This document shows, in pieces, positions 21,497-31,150 of a stretch of DNA of 64,000 nt. The position numbers and the translations under genes were made by a program. This DNA is from a virus (taxonomy: Duplodnaviria; Caudoviricetes). The notes under the pieces were generated by a model that saw only the letters and a program-made list of their open reading frames with translations, did no database searches and was not told the origin of the DNA. The first letter of the stretch is position 1. The number at the start of each line of letters is the position of its first letter. The stretch is from the IMG/VR virus record IMGVR_UViG_3300031088_000758, one strand, 5' to 3'.

Positions 21497-21535
21497 AAGG
21501 CATTTTAAAGAATATATAATTAATCGTTTTTGCTT

Positions 21536-22333
21536 TTATTCAGTGGGTACAGAAGGAACTATCGACTCACCGTTTTGTTGTTGTTGAATTGTTGCTGAAA
21601 GATTAATTATATTCAATAATGAGTATGGTGAAAGTTTCCACTCTCCATCAGTGTATACTAGCTCTAAACTAAAAGAAGCACCAGGTGAGTAAAAAGCGGA
21701 TATAGGAACATATGCTACACCTATCTCCTGATCCAAATAAACCTCTTGCCACACTTCTTCATTAACTGGGTTAAAATCTTCTTCCTCAAGATAAGATGAT
21801 AGGATTATCAAAGCTTGATAGGTTGTATTTTGCAGACTAGGGTCACTTTCAAAATCATCTTTAAATCTCATCTTATTTTTCAAATCATCTGAAACAACAG
21901 AATTGTCCCCATCTTCTAAAGCTTCAACTCGTTCTTCAGGAGATAATCCATCAGGGCTTTTTGAAGCTTCTTCTAAAATTAATTGAGCAGAAGATAACGC
22001 ATCTTTTTTATCTTGCTCTATTGTTTTTCCAGAAATAGAATATTCAACCTGTTCAACTTTGACATCAGAGCTAGGTTCATTTAACTGAGATGTATTATTC
22101 TTAGAAGTAGCATAATATACAACCCAAAGTCCTGAAATTACTAACAACATACTTAAAACCAAAACTATCCCAAGCGTTTTTTTCTTAATACTTACAGAAG
22201 AAGAGTTTCCAGGCACTATTTTCTCTTGATCAAAAGTTTTATCTTCTAAAGAGGATTCTAATTCTTGTATTTTACTATAGCTTGAAGAAGATTTTTTATT
22301 TTTTGTGTTTTTAGAATTACTTTTTGTCATCAT
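21536..22333 (-). CDS. Membrane-anchored hypothetical protein
   Basis: Single TM. GAGG RBS before ATG 22333. Confidence 0.6.
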   Translation of the reverse strand: MMTKSNSKNTKNKKSSSSYSKIQELESSLEDKTFDQEKIVPGNSSSVSIKKKTLGIVLVLSMLLVISGLWVVYYATSKNNTSQLNEPSSDVKVEQVEYSISGKTIEQDKKDALSSAQLILEEASKSPDGLSPEERVEALEDGDNSVVSDDLKNKMRFKDDFESDPSLQNTTYQALIILSSYLEEEDFNPVNEEVWQEVYLDQEIGVAYVPISAFYSPGASFSLELVYTDGEWKLSPYSLLNIINLSATIQQQQNGESIVPSVPTE

Positions 22334-22895
22334 TATCTTCCTCAGGTGTAGTCTCACTATTTAGGTTCTTATTTAGTCTTTTGTTCTTTCTTTTATTTTT
22401 GACTAATTTTTTATTTCTTTTCCATTGAGCAATTTTTACAGAAAAGAAATTATCGTACAAGATTACTAACATAGCGATAAAGAAAAATAGGGTAAATATT
22501 GCTGCTACTATCAACCATCTGTTGTCATATATAGTAGCAACAGTAGCCACCCATTCGAACCCCATGCCAGCTGCTGCATCTTTTACTTCTTTTCCTGTAG
22601 GATCATTTGCTAACCATTCTAATGTTCCTGAACCGAACATGGCTTCAACCCTAAATAAAAGAAACATTAGTAGAGCACTGAACAAAATTGGAGCTACCAT
22701 AAAAGCAGCTGCCCAATGAGCCGGGTTTTTGTAAGCCGGGACTCTATGTTTTTGTTTTTTTATGGGTGCTGAGACTGTTTTAACTTTATAGTCAGAAGAA
22801 TCATTTTTATTCAAATCTTTTGATAGCTCAAGATTATCTTGGTATTCTAATGTATCTTCTATAAAAGCAATCTCTTCATTTGTTAAATCTTTCAT
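22317..22895 (-). CDS. Membrane protein (2 TM)
   Basis: Two hydrophobic segments and a basic tail. Confidence 0.6.
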   Translation of the reverse strand: MKDLTNEEIAFIEDTLEYQDNLELSKDLNKNDSSDYKVKTVSAPIKKQKHRVPAYKNPAHWAAAFMVAPILFSALLMFLLFRVEAMFGSGTLEWLANDPTGKEVKDAAAGMGFEWVATVATIYDNRWLIVAAIFTLFFFIAMLVILYDNFFSVKIAQWKRNKKLVKNKRKNKRLNKNLNSETTPEEDNDDKK

Positions 22896-22905
22896 AATCT
22901 TACAC

Positions 22906-24189
22906 TCACTCTACGCCAAAATTTGCGCCTAATTCTTGAATGAAAACTTCTGAAACTGTATCTAACTGAGCCATATTAATTTCAGCAACATCAATCTGAG
23001 ACAGAATACTGAACGCATCTTCATATAAACCTGTTGAACATGCAGTTTCAACAACTGCTCGACTTATTTTATGTGCCAATGCTATATTTGTTGACGTAGA
23101 TAATTCTTCAACTGTCAGCTCTGGTGCTTTTTCATCGCTGTTTTCATCCCATGTCAAACTTGTAGGCTTGCGAGACTTGCTCCATACTTTATGTTTTTCT
23201 TCCAAATCGTTGAAATGATACTGGTCCATCTCCATAGCCTGAGCTAATTCAATGTTCGTAAAGTTTTTTTCATCTCCATGCTTTTCTTTTAGTCTCTCCA
23301 CAGCTTTTGAACGTTGGCGCTGGAATTGACTTAAATCTTTGCCCAAGTGTGCAGGTGGAAGGTCATAAGGCCAACGTTTTAGAACAGAATTTAAATAACC
23401 ACTGAAAGGAACCGCTGTTGATTCATCAAATTTTTCAATAGCTGCTAGAACCCACAGAGTAATTTGTGATTCTTGATCTTCTGGATCAGGCAAGAATATT
23501 TGAATAGTTTCCATCTCTTTTTTCACTAATGTTCTAGCGAAAGATTTATAGAACATCACTAAATCATTAGCAAACTGATCACTAAAGTCTACTATTTCTC
23601 GTCTTTTAGCTTCAGCCCTTGAGTAAGTTTTCCTATTTAACCCTTTTAGCATGTCTTTGTATTCGTCTTCTTGTTCAAGGGTTTTAAGAGTATCTTCAAT
23701 GATTTTTTTGACAGTAGCTGCATGTAGGCAGTAAGCTTTGTATCTTCCAGGTTCGAACTCTCGGATTTTTGCTATTCCTCGTAAAGCTTCGCTTACTCTA
23801 GTGGCTATTTTACTATTAGCAGAAAAAGATACAATTCCTATTTCACGAAGTGGAGCATCCATGAATCCTTCGGCTTCTGTCATATCATCCCAAATTCGAG
23901 GGGGAAAGATAGAATCTATTAGTTGGACACCAATTTCTAGATTATGATCTTTATACCATTTTTGAATAGATTCATGTGGGAAACGATACGATTTAGCTCC
24001 TGTTTCGGATTGGATTAAAGAACCATCAGCTAAATGTTTTTCAATCCAATCATTAATCTCTTCTTCTGAAACTTTAGCTATTTTTCGCCATTTCGTTAAA
24101 GAATACCACATTCCATCTGAAACTACTGCACCAATACGAAAGTCTACAGGTTGGTGTTTTAACGTTGTCTTAGTAAAAAGTGCGCTCAT
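22906..24189 (-). CDS. Sigma-70-like (FliA/WhiG/SigF-type) domain fused to N-terminal excisionase-like HTH
   Basis: VLAAIEKFDESTAVPFSGYL (region 2) and FTNIELAQAMEM (region 3). N-terminal WYSLTKWRKIAKVSEEEINDWI..SYRFPHESIQKW. Confidence 0.6.
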   Translation of the reverse strand: MSALFTKTTLKHQPVDFRIGAVVSDGMWYSLTKWRKIAKVSEEEINDWIEKHLADGSLIQSETGAKSYRFPHESIQKWYKDHNLEIGVQLIDSIFPPRIWDDMTEAEGFMDAPLREIGIVSFSANSKIATRVSEALRGIAKIREFEPGRYKAYCLHAATVKKIIEDTLKTLEQEDEYKDMLKGLNRKTYSRAEAKRREIVDFSDQFANDLVMFYKSFARTLVKKEMETIQIFLPDPEDQESQITLWVLAAIEKFDESTAVPFSGYLNSVLKRWPYDLPPAHLGKDLSQFQRQRSKAVERLKEKHGDEKNFTNIELAQAMEMDQYHFNDLEEKHKVWSKSRKPTSLTWDENSDEKAPELTVEELSTSTNIALAHKISRAVVETACSTGLYEDAFSILSQIDVAEINMAQLDTVSEVFIQELGANFGVE

Positions 24190-24569
24190 TTATTTACTCC
24201 ATCTTTGTTGCTAACTTTAACAGTTGAACCGAGATTGTGTTTTCTGGACTCAATGATGTTATCCAATTCTTCGCTATCCACCTGTGTAAAGTGTGGTAGC
24301 ATTTCACTTGTTTTTTCAAATAATTTATGTAATTTATTAAAAAATGTTTCATTATCTTTGTCATTAGACACAAGAAGTGGTTGCTGTATCTTATATATTA
24401 TTTCAAACCCATTATCATTTTCGCTTTTTACCAAACGATTACTCTCATTCTTGAATAATTCATACATAGAAGTTTCTACAATTTTTTGAGATAGCTCAGT
24501 AGAACTATCGTTTGAAATATGAAAAGCAACAAAAATAGATAAATCATTGTGAGTACTGTTTTGTTTCAT
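24186..24569 (-). CDS. Hypothetical protein
   Basis: GGAG RBS. Translationally coupled to the downstream sigma-like gene. Confidence 0.6.
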   Translation of the reverse strand: MKQNSTHNDLSIFVAFHISNDSSTELSQKIVETSMYELFKNESNRLVKSENDNGFEIIYKIQQPLLVSNDKDNETFFNKLHKLFEKTSEMLPHFTQVDSEELDNIIESRKHNLGSTVKVSNKDGVNK

Positions 24570-24636
24570 ATAGGCTCCGTCTATTCATTGTTAATTCTTA
24601 GTGGTCTAAACAAATTATAACAATAAAAATATAAAA

Positions 24637-24672
24637 TAGTAGGAACCTGCGAAAATAAGCAGGTTCCTACTA
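24637..24672 (-). terminator. Intrinsic terminator after sigma gene
   Basis: TAGTAGGAACCTGC / GCAGGTTCCTACTA. Confidence 0.7.
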
Positions 24673-24693
24673 AGTTTTTTTAAAAATTTATTA

Positions 24694-25593
24694 TCAAGAA
24701 GATATAAAATCTTCAAAACTTAAATCAAGCTCTTTCATGTCTCTATTTATCTCTGATAATGCTAAAGTTAATATTCGTTTATACTTAGAAGCTGAAAGGT
24801 TATACTTTTCTTTGACTTTCTTAGGAGTGGTAGGTTCATATCCTGGAATGTTGTCCATAGAAAATTGTGAGAGAACTACTTCTCTTTCAATGTCTTTCAT
24901 TTCGTTTAATTTATCTACTAATATTTGGAAAGTTGCGTCCATAACAACTACTGACTCTGCTGAATCAGCTGTATCATCAAGAACAAGTTCAATTAGTTCT
25001 TTATTAGATTCTTCATCTACTGTTCGGTTTAAGCTGGCTGGTATAGAAGCTGCTCCATTGATGAAGAACATGTCATCACGAGATAGTTTAAGCTCTTCCA
25101 TGATTCTTTCGTCAATGTCAAGCTTGTTCATGCCTTCTTCTTTGTACTGATTGCGAAGTCTTGAGATTTTTGTATAATCAGTTACTCGGTTTTCAGGAAG
25201 TTTTACTAATCGACCAGTTTTATTTGTCCATCGTGTAATACTTTGGAAAATCCAATAAGTTGCGACGGTGGAAAGTTTGTTGCCACGTTCAGGTGCGTAT
25301 CTCATAATGGCTGTTACTAGACCTGCCATTCCTTCTTGGACTAAATCTTCCATAGCTGGTGCACTAGGGTATTTAGACTTAAAATTACGCGCTATGTTCC
25401 ACACTAAGCCTGTGTTAGACTCTACTAGTTTTGCTACTGCTTCTTCGCCATGAAAAATTTGTTCTTTGTAGCTTCTTAATTCTCTTTTTGTAAGACCAGG
25501 TTCTTTAATTTGTTCTTTTGCTTTGACCATAGATTGAACAATTGAACCTAAACGAAGTTCTTCTTCTTTTGACAAATGTTGCGCTTTACTCAT
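24694..25593 (-). CDS. RNA polymerase sigma-70 factor, RpoD/SigB-like
   Basis: LSKEEELRL (1.2), LVESNTGLV, EDLVQEGMAGL..RYAPERGNKLSTVATYWIFQSITR (region 2), PASLN. Region 4 is divergent. Confidence 0.9.
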   Translation of the reverse strand: MSKAQHLSKEEELRLGSIVQSMVKAKEQIKEPGLTKRELRSYKEQIFHGEEAVAKLVESNTGLVWNIARNFKSKYPSAPAMEDLVQEGMAGLVTAIMRYAPERGNKLSTVATYWIFQSITRWTNKTGRLVKLPENRVTDYTKISRLRNQYKEEGMNKLDIDERIMEELKLSRDDMFFINGAASIPASLNRTVDEESNKELIELVLDDTADSAESVVVMDATFQILVDKLNEMKDIEREVVLSQFSMDNIPGYEPTTPKKVKEKYNLSASKYKRILTLALSEINRDMKELDLSFEDFISS

Positions 25594-25798
25594 CTCTTAC
25601 CACCTTTTTTATCTACTTACTCAGAATATTTTTTGTGCAGCTTTTCTTCTAACTTTAGCCACACCATATTTATTTCACTTTTAGGAGAGATCAAGCCAAC
25701 ATATTAAGAAAATTAGCTTTATCTACTCATATAAATATCAGTAAAACCTCAAAATCTGAAATCTTAAAAATACTTATTTTTAAAAGAGAACAAGGGAC

Positions 25799-25828
25799 AT
25801 TATATTATTAATACTTTTAAAAAGTCAA
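25799..25828 (-). promoter_or_regulatory. Housekeeping-sigma-type promoter upstream of the element sigma factor
   Basis: Minus strand TTGACT-18 nt-TATAAT. Confidence 0.55.
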
Positions 25829-25929
25829 ATTCAAATGGGGCTTTATTCAAATATTTACCATTTCGTTATAATGATGATAAAATAAAAGAATGACGAATAT
25901 TACATTATGGTTTATAGTAATTTAATAAA

Positions 25930-26367
25930 TTAGTACAACTCGTCATCATCATCATAATTACTTGTCAGATTGAGAAGCTGATCATTAAACGATTGTAAAT
26001 CATCATCGAAAACAATATTTTCTTCGTGAATATCCAGCTCTTTATACAATCCCTCATCAAAGTAAACGTCACCATGGAAATCCTTTTCATTTTTAGCATG
26101 TGAGTTAACTTCTTCAAATAATTCAATCAAAGAATCCGCATCATCATCAGTGAGAGTGTCTTGCTCATTCTCTTCAGATGTTTCATAATTTATAACACCT
26201 GATTCTATAAACTCTTGTTTTAATTGTTGAACCAACATTTCATCTGTTTTTCGAATAGGTTTAGGGTTAACAAAAACTGGAACCACAAATTCACTAAGAT
26301 CAGGCTCTTTTAATGTTCTATCTTCAGTATGATCTTTGTTTCTTTTCATAAAATCCCAGAAACCCAT
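25930..26367 (-). CDS. Acidic hypothetical protein
   Basis: Co-oriented ORF with AGGAAG RBS. Confidence 0.6.
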   Translation of the reverse strand: MGFWDFMKRNKDHTEDRTLKEPDLSEFVVPVFVNPKPIRKTDEMLVQQLKQEFIESGVINYETSEENEQDTLTDDDADSLIELFEEVNSHAKNEKDFHGDVYFDEGLYKELDIHEENIVFDDDLQSFNDQLLNLTSNYDDDDELY

Positions 26368-26386
26368 GACAACACTTCCTTATTTT

Positions 26387-26794
26387 TCAATCATCAGTTC
26401 GATGTTGCATCGTATTTATACAAATATCATTAACTAATATTTCTAGGTTTCGTTTAGAGATTTCATCTACAATTTTAAAAAGCAAAGCTTCTTCTAAGTT
26501 TTCTTCAGTGCTTTCAAAATCTTGAAGAAAAGAAATACGAAGTGAGATCTTTTTCAATCCATCTTTGTCAGTGTAAGGTACAGCATTTAATTCATAAAAT
26601 TCACTACTGGATATTTTAGTAAATGTGTCTGAGAAGCTCAACGATATACGCTCTATAATAGGCATCAAAAAACTATTCGCTTGACTATCATCTTCTACAA
26701 TTCGACTGCTTGCCATTTTTGATAATTCTTTTTTATCACTATCTGACCCAACATTATGTAGCTCATTAACAATTGCGATTAAGCTTTTCGACAT
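26387..26794 (-). CDS. Hypothetical protein
   Basis: Co-oriented ORF. Confidence 0.55.
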   Translation of the reverse strand: MSKSLIAIVNELHNVGSDSDKKELSKMASSRIVEDDSQANSFLMPIIERISLSFSDTFTKISSSEFYELNAVPYTDKDGLKKISLRISFLQDFESTEENLEEALLFKIVDEISKRNLEILVNDICINTMQHRTDD

Positions 26795-26815
26795 ATTATT
26801 TCATTCACCGTTCTG

Positions 26816-27049
26816 TCATCCGTTGACGTAAAGGTTAAAACCTAAGTAGCTTACATAAACAATTCCAGCGACAATAATAATTGCACCGAGAACACCCAGG
26901 ATAGTTAAAGTTGTATTAACTGTCCTTAAAGAAACAGAGCTAAACTTGCTTTTCTTCTTTTTTGGCTTAGAAACACGCTTAATATCCTCAGCACGACGTT
27001 CTTCAGGCTCTTCTAATCTTCTATTTTTGCCTAATTCTTCAAATAACAT
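26816..27049 (-). CDS. Small membrane protein
   Basis: C-terminal TM. AGGAGG RBS. Confidence 0.65.
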   Translation of the reverse strand: MLFEELGKNRRLEEPEERRAEDIKRVSKPKKKKSKFSSVSLRTVNTTLTILGVLGAIIIVAGIVYVSYLGFNLYVNG

Positions 27050-27062
27050 TATTAACCCCTCC

Positions 27063-27680
27063 TTATTCTATATCAGTTCTTGTTAAAACACTGCCATAAA
27101 TATGTTCTTTATCAATAATAAAAGCCTCACCAACATTGCAATCACCAGAAATACAAACAACAACATACTGGTTCTTCAAGAAAGGGTCTTCACTATTAAT
27201 AGGTGATTTGCCTTCACTATCAGCGGGAAAAGGATATCCTATCGGTTCACCATTAACAGTTAGTATTTCCGGTGAAGCCCATGTCATCTCTCCATAAGGA
27301 CCAGCAACAACTTCAACTACAGCAGCATTACTACGAGGAGTAAAAGATTGTTTTAATCTGTCAAGAACATTTGTTCCCTGTGCTTCTTCTGTATCTACTA
27401 AAATCTGTGCACCCGGAGGAAGAATGCCACCCTCATAAGTAACATTTTTAATGGGGACTAATCCTGAACCCGATGTAGTGGGAACAATTCTCAACCAAGT
27501 AGCAGCAAAGCATAGATAAAGAATGATAATAGCTAATCCGGCAAAAGATAGAATCTGAAAAATACGACGCGAAATTAAGCGCCCATACATACCCTTAGTG
27601 ATACGAACTTCGGGTTCCTTGGGCAACGTTTCTTCTTCGAGTTCTGCTTGATTATTAGACTTCTTTAAGAATGAGGGCAT
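27063..27680 (-). CDS. Membrane-anchored protein, signal peptidase S26/TraF-like fold, apparently degenerate
   Basis: N-terminal TM, then VVEVVAGPYG..LTVNGEP..QYVVV..IIDKEHIYG, which parallels the S26 boxes without the catalytic Lys or GDN. Confidence 0.4.
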   Translation of the reverse strand: MPSFLKKSNNQAELEEETLPKEPEVRITKGMYGRLISRRIFQILSFAGLAIIILYLCFAATWLRIVPTTSGSGLVPIKNVTYEGGILPPGAQILVDTEEAQGTNVLDRLKQSFTPRSNAAVVEVVAGPYGEMTWASPEILTVNGEPIGYPFPADSEGKSPINSEDPFLKNQYVVVCISGDCNVGEAFIIDKEHIYGSVLTRTDIE

Positions 27681-27764
27681 TTCAAACCTTCCACAATACC
27701 AATAAAATATCTGACATAATTAATATCAGGAGGATAAAATATTCGCTTTATAAGTTATATATTC

Positions 27765-28316
27765 TCAAATAGAGATAAGAATAGTGTAGCCAATAAACAT
27801 TGCTACCATGACACCTAAGAATATTGATTTCACCTTATTCGTCTTTGCCCAATTTACAACTCTGTCAAAAGTATTATGGATTTCTTCTTGATCCACTTTT
27901 TTCTTCTTAGCTGAAGGAATTCCAAGATAAGATTTTTCTACTGTCTTCAAAGTGTCGGCAATACTCTTCGTGAAATTCTGAGTAAGAACAAAATCAGCGG
28001 ATTGACCATCACTAGAGCTTATATGAAGGACAGGAGGGTCATTCCTCAAAGACATCCTGTTTCTAGGCTTTCCCTTTTCGTCATAAAAATTGAGGATTTC
28101 GCAAGAGACTACATTATCAGATTGCTTAAAAAGACTTAATACATCTTTTTCAACGATAACGCTATCATCACCTTTTAAAAACTGCTCATCATCATCAAAA
28201 TAATCTTTTTGCGTAATGTTTTCCTCATACGGTTCTTCATAATCATATATTTCCTCAGGTTCTTCCTGAGACGAAGGATTAGTTTGCGTGTTCATTTTGT
28301 CTCTTATCTTTCTCAT
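27765..28316 (-). CDS. C-terminally anchored membrane protein
   Basis: C-terminal TM. ATGA overlap with the upstream gene. Confidence 0.6.
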   Translation of the reverse strand: MRKIRDKMNTQTNPSSQEEPEEIYDYEEPYEENITQKDYFDDDEQFLKGDDSVIVEKDVLSLFKQSDNVVSCEILNFYDEKGKPRNRMSLRNDPPVLHISSSDGQSADFVLTQNFTKSIADTLKTVEKSYLGIPSAKKKKVDQEEIHNTFDRVVNWAKTNKVKSIFLGVMVAMFIGYTILISI

Positions 28317-29155
28317 TCAGTAGGTTCTATATCTTGGTCTTGATTCGGTGGAGTAATTTTATCAATTTCTTGTAAATCAAATTGAGTCTCTGAGAAAGCA
28401 TCAGACCTAGGATTGTCCCAAGTAGCCAATAAAAACTCATTTTCTAGATCACGGATATCGTATAATTTCCATTCATTATCTGAGTCTATTACAAAAACTA
28501 AAGTAGCAGTTGTATTGTTAAAGTTTTTAGAGCGAACAGAATAAGAACGCTCAGCTCCAAATTCACTTCCTACTTCTACAAACATTGTTTCATTACTGTT
28601 AAAAGAAACTCTAACGCTAGCTGATCGTAATTGCGTACCATCAATATCTACATAACTGCCTTTCTCATACGCAGAGGCTTCAACAGATTCAATAGAAAAA
28701 CTATTCCTGAACAAAGTTTCAAAATCGTTAGACCAAGAATTTACTTCGGTCTCATTATAATCAATTGGAGAGCCTTCCATAATATAATCGTCAATACTGT
28801 TATAAGCTGTAGAACGTGAAGTAAAGTAGTAATCTGCTGAGTTAACATCAATTTCCAGTAAAGTTGCTAACTCATCAATATTTTCAGGAGTAATTACATC
28901 TTTTTTTACTCCAAATTCTCCCGTTTGATTAATAATCGTCTCAGAAATTCCTTCTAATTTAACCTGCTCTGATTCAGAAATTTCTACGGTGCTTGAAACT
29001 ATTGGTTGGTTAGTTTCTTCATTGTTCGTATTTCCTGGAAAAACTACGAAAAAGAGAATCAAGAAAATAGCAACTGCAACAACTGGCAAAACAACCACAA
29101 CTATTGCTTTCTTGTTTAAAGGAGCTTCTTCGTTAGTGTTTTCTGATTGTGTCAT
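28313..29155 (-). CDS. Bitopic membrane protein, possible VirB8/NTF2-like extracellular domain
   Basis: N-terminal TM. Ends ATLVFVIDSDNEWKLYDI, an NTF2-like terminal strand pattern. Confidence 0.5.
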   Translation of the reverse strand: MTQSENTNEEAPLNKKAIVVVVLPVVAVAIFLILFFVVFPGNTNNEETNQPIVSSTVEISESEQVKLEGISETIINQTGEFGVKKDVITPENIDELATLLEIDVNSADYYFTSRSTAYNSIDDYIMEGSPIDYNETEVNSWSNDFETLFRNSFSIESVEASAYEKGSYVDIDGTQLRSASVRVSFNSNETMFVEVGSEFGAERSYSVRSKNFNNTTATLVFVIDSDNEWKLYDIRDLENEFLLATWDNPRSDAFSETQFDLQEIDKITPPNQDQDIEPTE

Positions 29156-29276
29156 AATAAATCTTCCGCATTTAGATGTGTTATTTACATAAAAATATAT
29201 TAATAATATGCTTTATACTAATATCTGTTTATAGTGTACTTATGGGAATTTTATTAGAAATACCATGAGTTTTTAA

Positions 29277-30989
29277 TCATCCACCAACATAGCTAAACCC
29301 ATAATAACCTCTACCACTTTTATCAGTCATAGCATCACTAATATAACTAGCACGCGGTTGAAGAGCTGCTACACGGCTGTTTCCACGTTGACTATATGAA
29401 GCATGCATGATCATGTCTTGTCCATTTATCGTTCCCAGATACATTACTGTATGTCCACCACCATCATGCCCCGGTTTAGTAATCCATACATCACCTGGCT
29501 TTGCTTCTGACAAATTACTGTATTTTTTCCATTTATTCGGATTACTCTCAGCATATTTTCTTTGAGTAACAATGTTTCCCCAAGGATAGTTAGGGTCCAT
29601 AGTGTTTATAACAACTGTTGCTACTGCTCGGTCGCAAGAGGCATAAAGACTAGGCATTCCGTCTTTACTGCCTATTTGTTGTGCTTTATCTTTTGCTGTT
29701 ACATACTCAGGCTTAGCTTTAGATGTTCCCATCTGATCTCCACCAGTTCTTGATTCATCCACAGTAGGGTAAGCAATTTGTATAGCAAGATTTACTGAAT
29801 CACTTGTATCCACAGCACCAGACATAGAACCAGAGGTCAAGCAACTACCACCTGAAGATGAAGATGAAAAAGCTGCGCCAGAGCCAGGTGAATATGCTGA
29901 ATTAAAAGAATTAGCATAATTAATTCTCTGATTCATCATAGGTTGTCCAGCTCTTGTGAACCCTTTCTCCCAAGCCTCTGTGTAATGTTCAATACTTTCA
30001 CCTGTATCTCCAAATCCTTTTTGAAGAACTAAATCACGATTATATGTTGCTCCAGGATAAGGCGCTGTACCTTCAAACTCCATTTTTAAAAATTCAAGCT
30101 GAACACCTAAATCAGACCAAGGCTTACCTTTTGATTCAGCATATTGTGCTAGATAGAATCTTCTTTCGGAATCCCATTGGATAAGACCAATAGCTCTTCC
30201 TCCATTACCTTTACCAAGGTTCATAACCTCTGAATTTGAAGAACTTGAAGATATTGAACTACTTTGACTTGCCGCAGGATTAACAGTAGACTCTTGCCAC
30301 ATGTTTCCAATAAGACCCGCTGCTTGTTCACGGTTCATTGGTTTGTTTCCTAATGAGGTAAAGTTAGTTGTCATAGCCCAATCCGCAATGGTGCTAGCGT
30401 TAGCCATAGAATCAGCTGAGGTAGGAACGTTAATTGATAATGAGCCTCCTGATCCTGTCTGCCCGTACATTCCTATACCATAGCATCCATCAGCATTATC
30501 CGTTTTACCGAAAACTTGAACACCAGCTATAATTCCTATTACTAATACAATGATAACAGCAATAACCGCAATAACGATCCATGTAATAGGGTCTACTAAA
30601 AGTGCCACAGCAGCTGAAGCCCACTGAGATATAGAAGCAACTGCACCTTTAACCATAATTGCAGTACTACCAAGTTTTGTAACTTTCTCTGTTGCTTCAC
30701 CTACTTTTTCAGCAGCCTCAGGGTTTGCCTCTCCAATTGTTTTTTGAGCAGTATCTTTCGCAGTCCCAGCAATAGCATCTGTTGCTGCACCTTTAAGATT
30801 AGTGCCGTTTTTTTGAAGGGCATTTTTGGAATTTTTTAAAGCATCTTGACCTATTTCCCCAGCTTTTTGAGCAACACCTTTTTGTGGAGAGCCATTATCA
30901 GATAAGTTTTCACCATTATCTAAATTTTGCTGTCCACTGTTTTTGTCATTTGGATCAGACCCATCTAAAGGTATCTCAAATTTAGCCAT
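29277..30989 (-). CDS. Conjugative cell-wall hydrolase: phage-tail-lysozyme domain plus NlpC/P60/CHAP-like domain (VirB1 role)
   Basis: AAGLIGNMWQES..GLIQW..DLGVQLEFL, then ASCDRAV..PGDVWI..GHTVMYLG. TM near the N-terminus. Confidence 0.8.
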   Translation of the reverse strand: MAKFEIPLDGSDPNDKNSGQQNLDNGENLSDNGSPQKGVAQKAGEIGQDALKNSKNALQKNGTNLKGAATDAIAGTAKDTAQKTIGEANPEAAEKVGEATEKVTKLGSTAIMVKGAVASISQWASAAVALLVDPITWIVIAVIAVIIVLVIGIIAGVQVFGKTDNADGCYGIGMYGQTGSGGSLSINVPTSADSMANASTIADWAMTTNFTSLGNKPMNREQAAGLIGNMWQESTVNPAASQSSSISSSSSNSEVMNLGKGNGGRAIGLIQWDSERRFYLAQYAESKGKPWSDLGVQLEFLKMEFEGTAPYPGATYNRDLVLQKGFGDTGESIEHYTEAWEKGFTRAGQPMMNQRINYANSFNSAYSPGSGAAFSSSSSGGSCLTSGSMSGAVDTSDSVNLAIQIAYPTVDESRTGGDQMGTSKAKPEYVTAKDKAQQIGSKDGMPSLYASCDRAVATVVINTMDPNYPWGNIVTQRKYAESNPNKWKKYSNLSEAKPGDVWITKPGHDGGGHTVMYLGTINGQDMIMHASYSQRGNSRVAALQPRASYISDAMTDKSGRGYYGFSYVGG

Positions 30990-31064
30990 TCATCAAATCC
31001 TCTAAAGAAATTAGTTCATTAAATTTGTTCTACTTTTAATAAACATTACACTTACTAATATCAC

Positions 31065-31119
31065 AATCATAGAGTATAAATACAAAATTAAAACGAGATT
31101 GTATTTATACTCTATGATT
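31065..31119 (-). terminator. 21-bp inverted repeat terminator
   Basis: AATCATAGAGTATAAATACAA / TTGTATTTATACTCTATGATT. Confidence 0.65.
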
Positions 31120-31150
31120 ATTTCTATCTAATTATTTAAGACGTTTCTCA

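Noticed and set aside
29277-30989. Prophage or jumbo phage interpretation (tail lysozyme, rIIA, YqaJ, PhoH)
   Set aside because: No capsid, terminase, portal or tail genes were recognised. The lysozyme is membrane-anchored in a T4SS context. A phage-plasmid cannot be excluded outside the window.
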